Origin: an uncultured archaeon
GTDB taxonomy: Archaea; Thermoplasmatota; Penumbrarchaeia; JASLWR01
Length of the DNA: 64,000 nucleotides
Assembly (NCBI GenBank): GCA_964430885.1
Contig: CAYSHM010000012.1
Span: 29,188-93,187, forward strand
Reading direction: 5' to 3'
In this document: piece after piece, positions 8,993-19,507 of the stretch
Layout: each line of letters opens with the position of its first letter
Position numbering within the stretch: position 1 is the first letter of the stretch
Position numbers and translations under genes: made by a program
Notes under the pieces: model-generated
Database searches by the model: none
What the model was told of the DNA's origin: nothing
Seen by the model: the letters and a program-made list of their open reading frames with translations, nothing else

Positions 8993-9847
8993 TTATTTTT
9001 CTATTTTCAGTTCGTATATGATGGGCCATAATTTCCCAGTAATTAGGATAGTACCTGTATCATCCCTGTAAGCTATACCGTTTAGTACGTCACTTCCGGG
9101 ATAATCAATACCAATCGAGTCAGTTATATTCGATAGGTCCATTTCACCAATTACTTCTCCAGTGGTGGGTGAGATCTGAATTATTCTGCTGCTCTTCCAA
9201 ATGTTTGCAAATATTGTGCCATTAATAAATTCCATTTCATTTATACGATCCACAGGCCGTCCCTCTTCGGTTACATTGATGGCATCGATTATCGTGAAGT
9301 TGTTTGTGTCCAATCGGTACAATGTATCGGATCCATCGCTCATGATCAGATTCTCACCATCAAAACAGAGCCCCCAGCCTTCAGCAGAATAATTGAAATT
9401 TCCTACAGGTAGAAGGGTATCAATATCATACATTAAACCCCTTCCGGATTTCCAGGTCAGCTGATAAATTGTATCTCCTACAAGTGTCAAACCCTCCCCG
9501 AAAAGCTCATCAGGGAGTTTTTTCAATAATATGTCGTTTCCGGATCCTATTTCCGTTATCCTCACAGTAGATTGGGAGTAGAGTCCTGTGCTTTCATAAA
9601 TATACCCGTCCCGATATTCCAGTCCCTGGGTAAAAGATGTGCTGTTGTGGGGGTAGGTATTGAGAATCATATAGGAAAATTCTGCAATGCTGATGGAGTG
9701 ATCATCGGTATTGTCAAGATCTTTGCTCTTTGAAGTTTCATTTATTGGTTTGCTATTTAAAAATAATACCGATATGATCCCAATTAAAAATATTATTGAA
9801 ATGACCGCTATTATTTTGATTAAGGATCTCATAACCTGGCCCTTCAT
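8993..9847 (-). CDS. Glutaminyl-peptide cyclotransferase (type I, bacterial/plant beta-propeller type), N-terminally anchored
   Basis: Motifs FTQGL, ESTGLY, FGEGLT, YQLTWK, EGWGL, MSDGS, INEME, ANIW, VLNGIAY, ITGKLWP. Confidence 0.92.
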   Translation of the reverse strand: MKGQVMRSLIKIIAVISIIFLIGIISVLFLNSKPINETSKSKDLDNTDDHSISIAEFSYMILNTYPHNSTSFTQGLEYRDGYIYESTGLYSQSTVRITEIGSGNDILLKKLPDELFGEGLTLVGDTIYQLTWKSGRGLMYDIDTLLPVGNFNYSAEGWGLCFDGENLIMSDGSDTLYRLDTNNFTIIDAINVTEEGRPVDRINEMEFINGTIFANIWKSSRIIQISPTTGEVIGEMDLSNITDSIGIDYPGSDVLNGIAYRDDTGTILITGKLWPIIYELKIEK

Positions 9848-9850
9848 TTT

Positions 9851-10378
9851 TTAATTAATTTGCACCTTTCTTTCGAGCATATATTTTTTGTAAGTATTCA
9901 ATTCAGCGAATCGGTAATCTTTTCTGCATTTCTCCAGATCGTCTTCCCTGAAACCCGCAAAACCGCAGAAGACTGGAGTTGGGATCTTCGCTTCTGCCCC
10001 CAAGGGTGGAGGGGCAGGGTCTATCAAGATCAATCTGGAACAGCTGAAAATAATGCTGTATTCTCTCCAAATAAGCTCGTATCTTGTTCCGCATATGGAG
10101 CATTTATAGAAATATCGGATATCTCCTACAGCGGACTCATCTATAATGGTGAGTTCATCATCTCTTTTGAATACCGCCTCATCACCTTCAAGAACCTTTT
10201 TAATGAGATATTCACTCTCGAGACAAAGAACTGGCCCCGCTCCATAATTCACGTGGTCAAAATCGATTAGAGACCGGAACCGGGGGTACAGGCATGGGCA
10301 GCCGCCCTTTAAATAAGCACTTATTATCTGATCGGTGGTTCCCATGAGTTCTTGAGCCTTTTCATCAGCATTTTCCAT
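9851..10378 (-). CDS. Hypothetical Cys-containing protein
   Basis: 175-aa ORF with a GGAG-type SD, tightly packed between xth and the cyclase; CPC and CSIC motifs; no family recognised. Confidence 0.6.
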   Translation of the reverse strand: MENADEKAQELMGTTDQIISAYLKGGCPCLYPRFRSLIDFDHVNYGAGPVLCLESEYLIKKVLEGDEAVFKRDDELTIIDESAVGDIRYFYKCSICGTRYELIWREYSIIFSCSRLILIDPAPPPLGAEAKIPTPVFCGFAGFREDDLEKCRKDYRFAELNTYKKYMLERKVQIN

Positions 10379-10423
10379 GGTTATCGCTCCATAGTACCAA
10401 TGTATATGTCATTTTCGTAAATG

Positions 10424-11197
10424 TCACATTGACAAAGTCAATCCAACCGGGCAATGGTCCGATCCCTCCACTTCAGATAGGATGAACGAATCCTCCATCC
10501 GCTCCATTAAATCCGGAGTGACAAAGAAATAATCAAGACGCCACCCAACATTTCTAGCTCTAGCTCCTGACCTGTAGCTCCACCAGGTGTAATTGTCAGG
10601 CTCGGGGTGATGTTCCCTGAATGAATCAATATAACCTGTATCAACAAACATGTCCATCCAGGCTCTTTCTACCGGCAGAAAACCCGATACCTTCTCATTG
10701 GCCTTTGGTCTGGCAAGGTCAATCTCATTGTGGGCGGTATTGAAATCTCCTGTTATCACCAAGGGTTTTCCCCTTTTCCTCTCCTCTTCGGCAAAGTCCA
10801 GGAAAGCATCATAGAAATCCAGCTTGTATTTCAGTCTATCAGCATCCTTCTTACCATTGGGATAGTAGATATTGAAAAGTGTGAAATCGTCATATCTAAG
10901 AATTAGGGTTCTACCTTCCCTGTCGAATTGCTCGATCCCGAAACCGTTCAAAACCACCTTAGGTTCCATCTTGGAAAAAACAGCCACGCCACTGTATCCT
11001 TTCCTGTAGCATCTTGACCAGTATGAGAAGTATCCGGGGGGAGTATTTCGGTCATCCGGCAGCTGTTCCTTCCAGGCTTTTGTCTCCTGTATGCAGATAA
11101 TATCAGGGTCCCTTTTTGCCAACCAGTCAATAAATCCCTTCTTGATAACCGCCCGTATCCCGTTGACGTTCCACGATAGTATTTCGATCTTCTTCAA
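10424..11197 (-). CDS. xth: Exodeoxyribonuclease III / AP endonuclease
   Basis: [48 protein letters not shown]. Confidence 0.95.
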   Translation of the reverse strand: MKKIEILSWNVNGIRAVIKKGFIDWLAKRDPDIICIQETKAWKEQLPDDRNTPPGYFSYWSRCYRKGYSGVAVFSKMEPKVVLNGFGIEQFDREGRTLILRYDDFTLFNIYYPNGKKDADRLKYKLDFYDAFLDFAEEERKRGKPLVITGDFNTAHNEIDLARPKANEKVSGFLPVERAWMDMFVDTGYIDSFREHHPEPDNYTWWSYRSGARARNVGWRLDYFFVTPDLMERMEDSFILSEVEGSDHCPVGLTLSM

Positions 11198-11437
11198 TTA
11201 CTTCACCTAATTACAGCTTCTATTTGGTTCATAGGAACTTATTGGAGATTGTTTTAATAAATATTTATCAGGATTAAGCTATAAATGGTTCATGGGATAA
11301 AAATGTATAATTTGGAACTCACTGAATCCCTACGGAATATGGAAAATTGATTGGACCATATGTTATTCAGATAAGGTAAAATATTGTTAATGCAGATATA
11401 GATTATAACGATTCTTTTGGATTTTGAGGGGCCTATA

Positions 11438-13408
11438 ATGAAAGGTGAAGACGGGTTAGACCTGGACCGGCGCATCATCGAGCTGGAAGAGCAGATAAGG
11501 CATCATAATTATCTGTATTATACACAGGGGTCTGAAAGAGTCTCCGATGCTGAATATGATGCCTTAAAGGAAGAATTGGAGATGCTCGATCCGGACAATC
11601 CGGTTCTGCAGATGGTTGGCTGGGAGCCACGATTCGGAACTAGCAAGATACGGCACAAGGTAGAGATGCGCTCCCTTGATAAAGCCTATAACTATGAGGA
11701 TATTATATCCTGGGCAGGCGATGAGGCCGAATTTGTCACACAGCCGAAACTCGATGGATTAGCTGTTTCCATTTATTACGAGAAGGGAGTGTTTCGTTAT
11801 GCGGCCACCAGGGGAGATGGGAAAGTTGGAGAGGATATCACTGAGAATGCTCGCTATATTGAAGATATACCCAAACATCTCTGTAAGGATGTTACCTGTC
11901 ATATCCGTGGCGAGATATTCATGACCCTTTCTGTGTTCAAATCCCATGCAGGTGTCTTTTCCAATCCTAGGAATGCTGCGGCGGGCTCTGTGAAGCAGAA
12001 GGACCCGGAAGTGACCGGTGAAAGACAGCTTAATTTCAGGGCCTATACCATGGAGATCGAACCGATGGAGCGATCTAGTTTGATCGGAGAATTGAAATTT
12101 GAATCCCAGCTAATGAGGCTGGTTGATAAGTTGGGCTGTAAACCTGTTGATTATCAAAAGTGCAGCCTCCAGGACCTTGAAGCGATTTTCACATGCTGGG
12201 ATGACGGAAGAGGCGAATTGGATTATGAGATCGATGGTATGGTCATCAAGTTCAATTCTTTACATAGACAGAAAGAGATTGGTGCTACCTCCCACCATCC
12301 TCGCTGGGCTATCGCCTGGAAGTTCAGAGCCCAGCAGGCCGAGACCACGGTTGAGGACATAAGGTGGCAGATCAGCAGAAGAGGATATCTCACTCCTGTT
12401 GCGGATCTTGAAACAGTTAGACTTGCAGGTGCGAATATTTCTCATTCAACTCTTCACAATGTGGAGGAACTAGATAGATTGGGTCTGAATATAGGAGATA
12501 GAGTACTTATCGAAAGAAGAGGGGATGTAATACCCAAGATAATCAGGGTGATAGGCAAGGGTGAACGGAAAGGCGTGGTTCCAGCTCCGGAGGAATGCCC
12601 TAGGTGTCATTCTCCCGTTGTCCGTGAGAATATGTTTCTGAAATGCACCAATCCCAATTGCTCTCAGAGGATTCTCCGTCAGTTGACACACTTCGCAGAG
12701 GTTGCGGATATAGATTCACTGGGCCCGAAGATGATCAAGAAACTATATGACCGAGGTATGGTTGCTTCACCTTCCGATCTGTATAAGCTTCGTTCACCTG
12801 ATCTGTTGACCCTGGATAAGGTTGGGGATGTACTAGCTGGAAAGATCATTGATAATATACGGTCCAGTAGAAGATTTTCCCTAACGCGTTTTCTTACTGC
12901 ATTGGGCATTACACATCTGGGCGGGGTGATATCTGAGCTTCTTGCAGAGAAATTCCGGGATATGGAGTCCATAAGGGAAGCTACCATGGAGGAACTTCAG
13001 TCCATAGATGGTGTAGGTGAAAAGATTGCGGAATCCGTGAAGAAGGAACTGGAGGAGATGTGGCCGGTAATTGAAGAACTCAAGGATGCAGGTGTTGAGA
13101 TATTCCCGGACGAGAAATCGCAGACTGGAAAAGATGATTACCCCTTGGAAGGAATGACCTTCTGTATTACCGGTACCCTGAGCAGACCCCGGAAGGAGAT
13201 TGCCGATGATATTAAAAGAGCCGGAGGTTATGTCAAGGGGATGTCCAAATCCATAGATTATCTGGTAGCGGGTGATCATGCAGGTACAAAGATTGATAAG
13301 GCAAAGAATTGGGATGTCAAGATAATAGATGAGTATGAACTGGATGAGATGCTGTCTAAGAATTGGAATAATGTCAAGACCAACTACCAGACTAAATTGT
13401 TCCAATAG
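11438..13408 (+). CDS. ligA: NAD-dependent DNA ligase
   Basis: HNYLYY..SDAEYD (domain Ia), KLDG adenylation motif, TRGDG, RGE, NPRNAAAGS, DGMVIK, PRWAIAWKF, C4 zinc finger, HhH repeats, BRCT. Start placed at ATG 11438 after GAGGGG. Confidence 0.95.
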   Translation: MKGEDGLDLDRRIIELEEQIRHHNYLYYTQGSERVSDAEYDALKEELEMLDPDNPVLQMVGWEPRFGTSKIRHKVEMRSLDKAYNYEDIISWAGDEAEFVTQPKLDGLAVSIYYEKGVFRYAATRGDGKVGEDITENARYIEDIPKHLCKDVTCHIRGEIFMTLSVFKSHAGVFSNPRNAAAGSVKQKDPEVTGERQLNFRAYTMEIEPMERSSLIGELKFESQLMRLVDKLGCKPVDYQKCSLQDLEAIFTCWDDGRGELDYEIDGMVIKFNSLHRQKEIGATSHHPRWAIAWKFRAQQAETTVEDIRWQISRRGYLTPVADLETVRLAGANISHSTLHNVEELDRLGLNIGDRVLIERRGDVIPKIIRVIGKGERKGVVPAPEECPRCHSPVVRENMFLKCTNPNCSQRILRQLTHFAEVADIDSLGPKMIKKLYDRGMVASPSDLYKLRSPDLLTLDKVGDVLAGKIIDNIRSSRRFSLTRFLTALGITHLGGVISELLAEKFRDMESIREATMEELQSIDGVGEKIAESVKKELEEMWPVIEELKDAGVEIFPDEKSQTGKDDYPLEGMTFCITGTLSRPRKEIADDIKRAGGYVKGMSKSIDYLVAGDHAGTKIDKAKNWDVKIIDEYELDEMLSKNWNNVKTNYQTKLFQ

Positions 13409-13629
13409 TAGGTTTTTTTTCAGAATAATTAAGTCATTATTGTTTTTCTATTTTCACTCTCTGGTTCGTTCTGTTATAATCATTATGCAATTAGGTAAGG
13501 AAAATTATAAATAATTTTAGGTGTAATGGAGGGAATTGCCGGGATGTTGAGAGTGGAATCACGGGTCATTTAGATAATGTTCAGATTCCCTTTCTCCCCT
13601 GTAAAAATATCAGATTGCGGTTGATCATT

Positions 13630-14355
13630 ATGACCGGAGACGAATATGAAGAATTGGATTGGTATAGCAGACTTAAGAAGTGGTTCATGAATAATAACGA
13701 AGAATCCGACATGGTCATAGATGCCGAATGGAAGATACTGGATGTTAACGATAATGCCCAGAAGATGATGGTGGTTCAGCCGAATATACCATTTCCAATT
13801 GGAGTTCATGTTACTGACCCGGTGATCCATATTTCCATATTCACTACTGTGGAAACCTATGACTGGGAAAAACCCAAGAAGGCTGATAATTTCAGGGCTC
13901 TGCTTGTTCAGAATGACGAGAGCCATTTCATAAAGTTTGTTCTAATGGGTAGGAATGATGAGATAGTACTTCGGGTTGATCTCGATACCCAGTATCTGAA
14001 TAAAAAGGAATTCAATACCGCCTTAAGCTCCCTTATTCACGGAGGAAACTGGTGCCTTACCAAGCTGGAGGGATTGTATTACGGAATGGATGAGATGGAG
14101 GGTGAGGGAGTGATGAATGAGGAAAAGGCCCTGGAGACCCTTAAATTGGGAATTCAGATCGATCTAAACAGAGGCCGAAAGACAAAAGATATTATTAGGG
14201 ACCTCGTTACTGCCGGTATGGAGCAGGATCTAGCGGCCCAGATAGTAATGGAAGTTGTTGAGAATCCCATAACAGTGAACAAATGCAACGATCAAGGGGA
14301 GTACCCCATCAGCAAAGAGGAAGAGGAAAGCAAGACCGATGCTTATATCCACTGA
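13630..14355 (+). CDS. YbjN/DUF2299-like domain protein
   Basis: Pattern FRALLVQN..IKFVL..DEIVLRVDL..LNKKEF resembles YbjN-like folds; start placed at the first ATG (MTGDE). Confidence 0.45.
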   Translation: MTGDEYEELDWYSRLKKWFMNNNEESDMVIDAEWKILDVNDNAQKMMVVQPNIPFPIGVHVTDPVIHISIFTTVETYDWEKPKKADNFRALLVQNDESHFIKFVLMGRNDEIVLRVDLDTQYLNKKEFNTALSSLIHGGNWCLTKLEGLYYGMDEMEGEGVMNEEKALETLKLGIQIDLNRGRKTKDIIRDLVTAGMEQDLAAQIVMEVVENPITVNKCNDQGEYPISKEEEESKTDAYIH

Positions 14356-14453
14356 GCATCAGTAATTCTTTTTATTCAAATTATCAAATGCCAAATCCTT
14401 TTAAAAGGATCCATTTTTCGGGATAAGATTCATCTATCTATAGGGGGGAATTT

Positions 14454-15467
14454 TTAGAGATGAAGATTCCAATATTTGTTCTGGACCTCTACTACTGCTT
14501 TCAGAGCTTCAATCCCCAATCCAGTCGCGTCCCTTTTCTTGTCATATTTCAGCTCTATTGACCTATCCCTAGTTTGAGCATATGCGCCAGCGACCACCTC
14601 ACCCTGAGCTTCCAGATGATATCCGCCCTCAAGAAAAACTGACATTTTCCCATCACACACATCCGATGCAGCAGAGCTTAAGACCTCCATTGCATTTAGA
14701 TAACCCGAACTTGATAGAGACAATCCCGCAAGGGGGTCCATATAGTGTGAATCACCGCCTAATGAGACCAGCAGCAAATCCGGGTCATATTCTCTTAGAA
14801 CGGGATCGATTATTTTCTTCATAGCATGATCAAAGGTGGCATCACCAGACATTTTTGAGAAAGGTATATTCACAGTGTATCCCTGTCCCTTACCCTGTCC
14901 CACCTCATTCCTTTGACCTGTTCCAGGATATATTCCGCTCTGATGAGTTGAGATATACAGCACGTCATCCTCCTGATAGAAGGAGTCTTGGGTTCCGTTG
15001 CCGTGATGAACGTCTATATCCACAATAGCGATGCGTTTGCACCTGTCCTTCATCTTCCTTGCTGCAATGGCTATATTGTTGAAATAACAGAAGCCCATGG
15101 CCCTGTTCTTCACAGCATGGTGACCAGGAGGGCGGAAAAGGGCAAAGGTTATCTCCTTATCCTCATAGGCCTTCTCCGCAGCCAATATTCCCCCGCCGGC
15201 GGCCAGTAGAGCTATACCATAGGTTTCCTCTCTGATATAGGTGTCCGGATCCAGGTAACCCTCTTTTGCGTTCATTATCTCGTTATGATATCCCAGGCTG
15301 TGATTCAGGAGAATATCCTCCTTGGATGCGGGTCCTGGTGTGATTATATCCTCCCATACTCCTTCTTTTTCCATACGTTTTCTTATGGCAGTGAGCCTTT
15401 CAGGACACTCTGGGTGCATGTAGCTCTGCTGGTGTTTTATATATTCATCGTGGTAGATTATACTCAA
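14454..15467 (-). CDS. Histone deacetylase family protein (HDAC/AcuC-like amidohydrolase)
   Basis: HPECPERL, RPPGHHA, GFCYFNN, DIDVHHGNGTQ, YPGTG, GGDSHYMDPL, LEGGY. Confidence 0.93.
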   Translation of the reverse strand: MSIIYHDEYIKHQQSYMHPECPERLTAIRKRMEKEGVWEDIITPGPASKEDILLNHSLGYHNEIMNAKEGYLDPDTYIREETYGIALLAAGGGILAAEKAYEDKEITFALFRPPGHHAVKNRAMGFCYFNNIAIAARKMKDRCKRIAIVDIDVHHGNGTQDSFYQEDDVLYISTHQSGIYPGTGQRNEVGQGKGQGYTVNIPFSKMSGDATFDHAMKKIIDPVLREYDPDLLLVSLGGDSHYMDPLAGLSLSSSGYLNAMEVLSSAASDVCDGKMSVFLEGGYHLEAQGEVVAGAYAQTRDRSIELKYDKKRDATGLGIEALKAVVEVQNKYWNLHL

Positions 15468-15851
15468 TAAATCACGCTCCGGGTGAGATAGAATTGGAAC
15501 TGCACACCAGAATTGAATTTTTCATTATTTATAGCTGATGTTCATGTTGTTCGATTAGAGGTTAATGGTTTGAAATTCATAATGTCTGGATTACAGATGT
15601 TCGTGCAGGTATTTTTACTCTTCGAATTGGTAATATATATCCTAGGTATAGATCGATCCTAACACTTTTGTATTATCCAATAATGATAATTCTGAAAAGA
15701 TAGAAAATTATAATATTCATACCCGATATATGTTTCAGGACAAATATAAATAGTCATATATAACTAATCCCTAGAGCATTGTTCGATAAAAAGTCATGTT
15801 TTTAGATTTAATGAGATTCCATTCAAACAAAAGACAACCGCAAGTGATAAT

Positions 15852-18800
15852 ATGATCGACGTAAAAGTTATTTCAGTAACTATAATATTGATGTTTTCCT
15901 CCTTTTTGATCGGGGGTTTGGACCAAAAAGTGAAGTTCATAGGGCCTACACAAATAACAGGTACACAATCCAGGGGATCCAATGTGGATGGCCATGATCA
16001 TAATACTAGAGATAATAGAGCTTTGGACTGTACAAATTGGCTTCGGACACCTATAACAGTGGACGGAAACGCCAGTGATTGGACATCCAACTATACTGGG
16101 CATAACGTAGGACGAGCCGGTAAGAATGTCATGCTCTACATGGCCAATGATGATGAGTATCTTTACGTCTGCATTGATGTCATCAGTGACCAGACCAATG
16201 AGGAGAGTGTCAACGACCATATCAGATTGTGGTTCGACGGGGACAATGACAACAGCGTTGTATCACCCATAGGTTCTACTACAAACGAGAGCACAACCGA
16301 CAATTGGATCATTCTTAACGGCAATGAGTCTGCCCGCAGTGATACAAATGGAATAGCCAATGATGCAGGGTGGCTGAACACTGGAGGGGGAATTTATGGA
16401 GATCCCGGTGTCTATGTTTCAATGTGGTATGATGCCTATGCCCCCTATCTTCAGAATCGATTTGTTGATTACATGTACAAGGTAGGATTCAACGGCACTC
16501 CTGCCCATATGGTGTATGAGATCGGTTTTCCCATGGAGAGATGGAACTGGTCCGGAGGGGATCAGATAGGATCCTGTCTACTGGTCTGGGAGCACGGTGA
16601 TAATAATGCAATCGGGATATGGCCAGCAGGTTTAAACCCGTCCAATGTGGCAGGCTGGAAAGATATTTTTCTGGCCACTCCAAATGACCTTCCTTTTTAT
16701 TCAAATCCTACGATAATACCAAACACAATCCTGAATGACAACCAGAACACCTCATTGATCGCCATTGAGGCCGGAGATCCTGACGGGCATATAATTGATT
16801 TCACCATGGATCTGTCCCAGATCGGAGGTGCCAGTCAAACTCAGCTTCTTGATGACGGAACCCATGGCGATGTTAATGCTGATGATGGGATTTTCTCCTA
16901 TGAGTTCAGTGTTCCGACCATAATCGATCCTGGAGAATATACTCTTCCCTTCACTCTTACTGACAACCATACACCCAACACCGGCATGATAACCGGAGAG
17001 GTCAATGTTACGGTTGCCCAATATAACCGGAATCCCATTATTGATGATCCTTCCTTTAATGTTATAAACATGAATGAGGACCAGAGGATAGCCTACTTCA
17101 ACATCACACCAATATTCAGCGACCCGGACCCCGAAGACAATCTAACATACTTCATCAGGAACGGGACCCTGTGGGATCACAGCAACCGATCCCTGTTGGC
17201 CGATTACCAGGTGCATATGAATGGGACACTCAGCATAGTGCCCTTACCTGACAGGTTTGGAGTTGAACATATTGAACTTACCGCCCAGGATCCTCATGGT
17301 CTTATGCTTTCAAACCCGCATTCCATTGCCGTATCGATACAGAGGGTCAACGACCTGCCGTTCATTCTGAATGTTAACGGAACCTATATTCCCGGACGGA
17401 ACATTTCTCTGGATATTTGGGAGGATAGATGGTCTGAGTTCAATTTCACCGCTGATGACATTGACAATGATCCCCTGACCTGGGAGATCAATATATCGGA
17501 TGAGATTCCAGGTATGAAAAAGGATAAGGATTACGAGTTCCAAGCGGAGAATGGCTCCCTGAGAATAAAAGGAGCCAATCATCATGTAGGCAACTACAGT
17601 CTCAATCTTACTGTGGAGGACGGTAATGACGGGATGGATTTCATCAACATTTACCTCAATATATCAAATACAAATGATCCTCCTCATCTGCGCGATATCG
17701 ATGATGATGACGTATTTCAGGATGAATGGATGATGGTACTGCCCCAGGCTTCGGATGATGATCTTATTCATGGTGATAAGCTCAGATTCAGTACAAATTT
17801 TTCAAAGGATTTTCCGGGGGTTCTCACACTGGATAACTTCATGTTCAACAATACAACGGGTGAATTCCGGTTCAGGCCTGACAAAACCATGGTCGGAACC
17901 TATGCTACCCATATCATGGTCAGGGATCGAAATCTGAATTACAGCAGAAAGGATTTCAGCATCAGGGTGGTCAACAGGAATGATCCGCCTACCGAACCTA
18001 TTTTCGAATACAGCGTTGACCATCTGAATATGACTGTAAATTTTACAATAATTGGCAGTATTGATCCAGATGGAGATGAGCTCAGTTATCAACTGGATTT
18101 CGGGGACCAATCACCGGGCGATTATTTGAAGACTTTTTATCCTGGCTGCTATGTGGAACACCAGTACAGGAAACCTGGAAATTATTCGGTACGCTTATGG
18201 GTGTCGGATGGTACATCCACAGGGGTCAACACAAGCACTTTGATAGTATCCATAAAGGATTTTGGACAGGATAAGGATGATCCGGTTAATCCGAATATCA
18301 TACCTGCAGGTGATTATGAATTGGCGGGAACTGTGATCGATGCTGATGGAGCTCCCCTATCTGATGTTTCAGTCAATATCAGCTATGCAGATGATCAGAC
18401 CAAATGGAACTTGACAAGCACAGACCAGTTCGGCAGTTTTCAGCTGTTCCTGCCTTCTGGTGTTTATTCCATTGAGCTTTCAAAAGAAGGATATATTAAC
18501 AGAACCGCCACTCTTGATATTAACGATAGGGATAAAACAATGGAGTTCATCCTGTTGAAGGTGGGTCAGACCGAGGATGATATCAACAAGGATAACGCTG
18601 ATACGGAATCTTCATTCGATTACTGGCTGGTCCTTATTGTTCTAGCTATGATGATAATACTGGTTCTTATTCTTATTCTTCTTGTGGTTTTCAAGAAGAG
18701 AGGCAAAGATGAAGTGCATCCCGAGAAAGAAGAAATTATTGCTCCTGATGCTGTTCCGCCGGTTTCTTCCGATCTGACAACATCAGGGCAAGATTCAGAG

Positions 18801-19469
18801 ATAATTGAAGAAGACATATATACCGCAGATAATGAGCAGGAATTTTATTCACACACCGAAGGTTCAGGGGATCTTTATGGGAAGATACCCCTGGATGAAA
18901 CCGAATCTGCTTCGGCAGAGTTCTTTGCCGATCTGCAGGTTGAGGAATCCGATATTGACGGTAATTATGAAGAACCGGAATATTACGATGAAACACAGTT
19001 CCAGCCTATTGAAGGAAAAACCCCCCAAGAAGATGCTGAAGTGCTAACCGATTTAATACTTGATAATCCTAATGAGGGTGTTTCTACGCCCTCCAAGGAC
19101 GAACAATCCTCATCTGGCACATACCCTGCTCCCGAACCATTCGGCGAATCGGAGCTGACTGGTGATCGTTCAGACCAAGGAAGTATTGAAACGAAGGAAG
19201 ATGTCCAGGAAGTGGGTGCCGTTCAAGGAAAATCTGAAGGGTCTGCAGCGAAGGTTGAGAATACATCAGAAGGTGGCGAGGATGAGTTACTATATCCCCC
19301 TCCTTTATTACCTCAGTCTGGGCAAAAAGCACCCCCTGCACCTCTCCGTGCCCCCAGAGCATTACCCCCTCCGCCCGGGGAGAGTCAGCCCTCTTCCGAT
19401 TCAGCGCATCAAGCGGACCTGGCTGAAGTTCAGGATATACTGAAGTCTATCGTGCAGAGAGGAGAATAG
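15852..19469 (+). CDS. Large surface protein: DOMON/CBM9-like, choice-of-anchor-X-like, cadherin-like repeats, PKD, carboxypeptidase-regulatory-like domain, TM, acidic/Pro-rich tail
   Basis: Signal peptide; ITVDGNASDW..YLYVCIDV; LLDDGTHGDVNADDGIFS; repeated (V/T)NDxP / DxDxD; GTVIDADGAPLSDVSV; TM WLVLIVLAMMIILVLILILLVVF-KKR. Confidence 0.75.
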   Translation: MIDVKVISVTIILMFSSFLIGGLDQKVKFIGPTQITGTQSRGSNVDGHDHNTRDNRALDCTNWLRTPITVDGNASDWTSNYTGHNVGRAGKNVMLYMANDDEYLYVCIDVISDQTNEESVNDHIRLWFDGDNDNSVVSPIGSTTNESTTDNWIILNGNESARSDTNGIANDAGWLNTGGGIYGDPGVYVSMWYDAYAPYLQNRFVDYMYKVGFNGTPAHMVYEIGFPMERWNWSGGDQIGSCLLVWEHGDNNAIGIWPAGLNPSNVAGWKDIFLATPNDLPFYSNPTIIPNTILNDNQNTSLIAIEAGDPDGHIIDFTMDLSQIGGASQTQLLDDGTHGDVNADDGIFSYEFSVPTIIDPGEYTLPFTLTDNHTPNTGMITGEVNVTVAQYNRNPIIDDPSFNVINMNEDQRIAYFNITPIFSDPDPEDNLTYFIRNGTLWDHSNRSLLADYQVHMNGTLSIVPLPDRFGVEHIELTAQDPHGLMLSNPHSIAVSIQRVNDLPFILNVNGTYIPGRNISLDIWEDRWSEFNFTADDIDNDPLTWEINISDEIPGMKKDKDYEFQAENGSLRIKGANHHVGNYSLNLTVEDGNDGMDFINIYLNISNTNDPPHLRDIDDDDVFQDEWMMVLPQASDDDLIHGDKLRFSTNFSKDFPGVLTLDNFMFNNTTGEFRFRPDKTMVGTYATHIMVRDRNLNYSRKDFSIRVVNRNDPPTEPIFEYSVDHLNMTVNFTIIGSIDPDGDELSYQLDFGDQSPGDYLKTFYPGCYVEHQYRKPGNYSVRLWVSDGTSTGVNTSTLIVSIKDFGQDKDDPVNPNIIPAGDYELAGTVIDADGAPLSDVSVNISYADDQTKWNLTSTDQFGSFQLFLPSGVYSIELSKEGYINRTATLDINDRDKTMEFILLKVGQTEDDINKDNADTESSFDYWLVLIVLAMMIILVLILILLVVFKKRGKDEVHPEKEEIIAPDAVPPVSSDLTTSGQDSEIIEEDIYTADNEQEFYSHTEGSGDLYGKIPLDETESASAEFFADLQVEESDIDGNYEEPEYYDETQFQPIEGKTPQEDAEVLTDLILDNPNEGVSTPSKDEQSSSGTYPAPEPFGESELTGDRSDQGSIETKEDVQEVGAVQGKSEGSAAKVENTSEGGEDELLYPPPLLPQSGQKAPPAPLRAPRALPPPPGESQPSSDSAHQADLAEVQDILKSIVQRGE

Positions 19470-19507
19470 AGAGAAATAGACCTTGGAAGTGGCCGATTGG
19501 TTCATTG

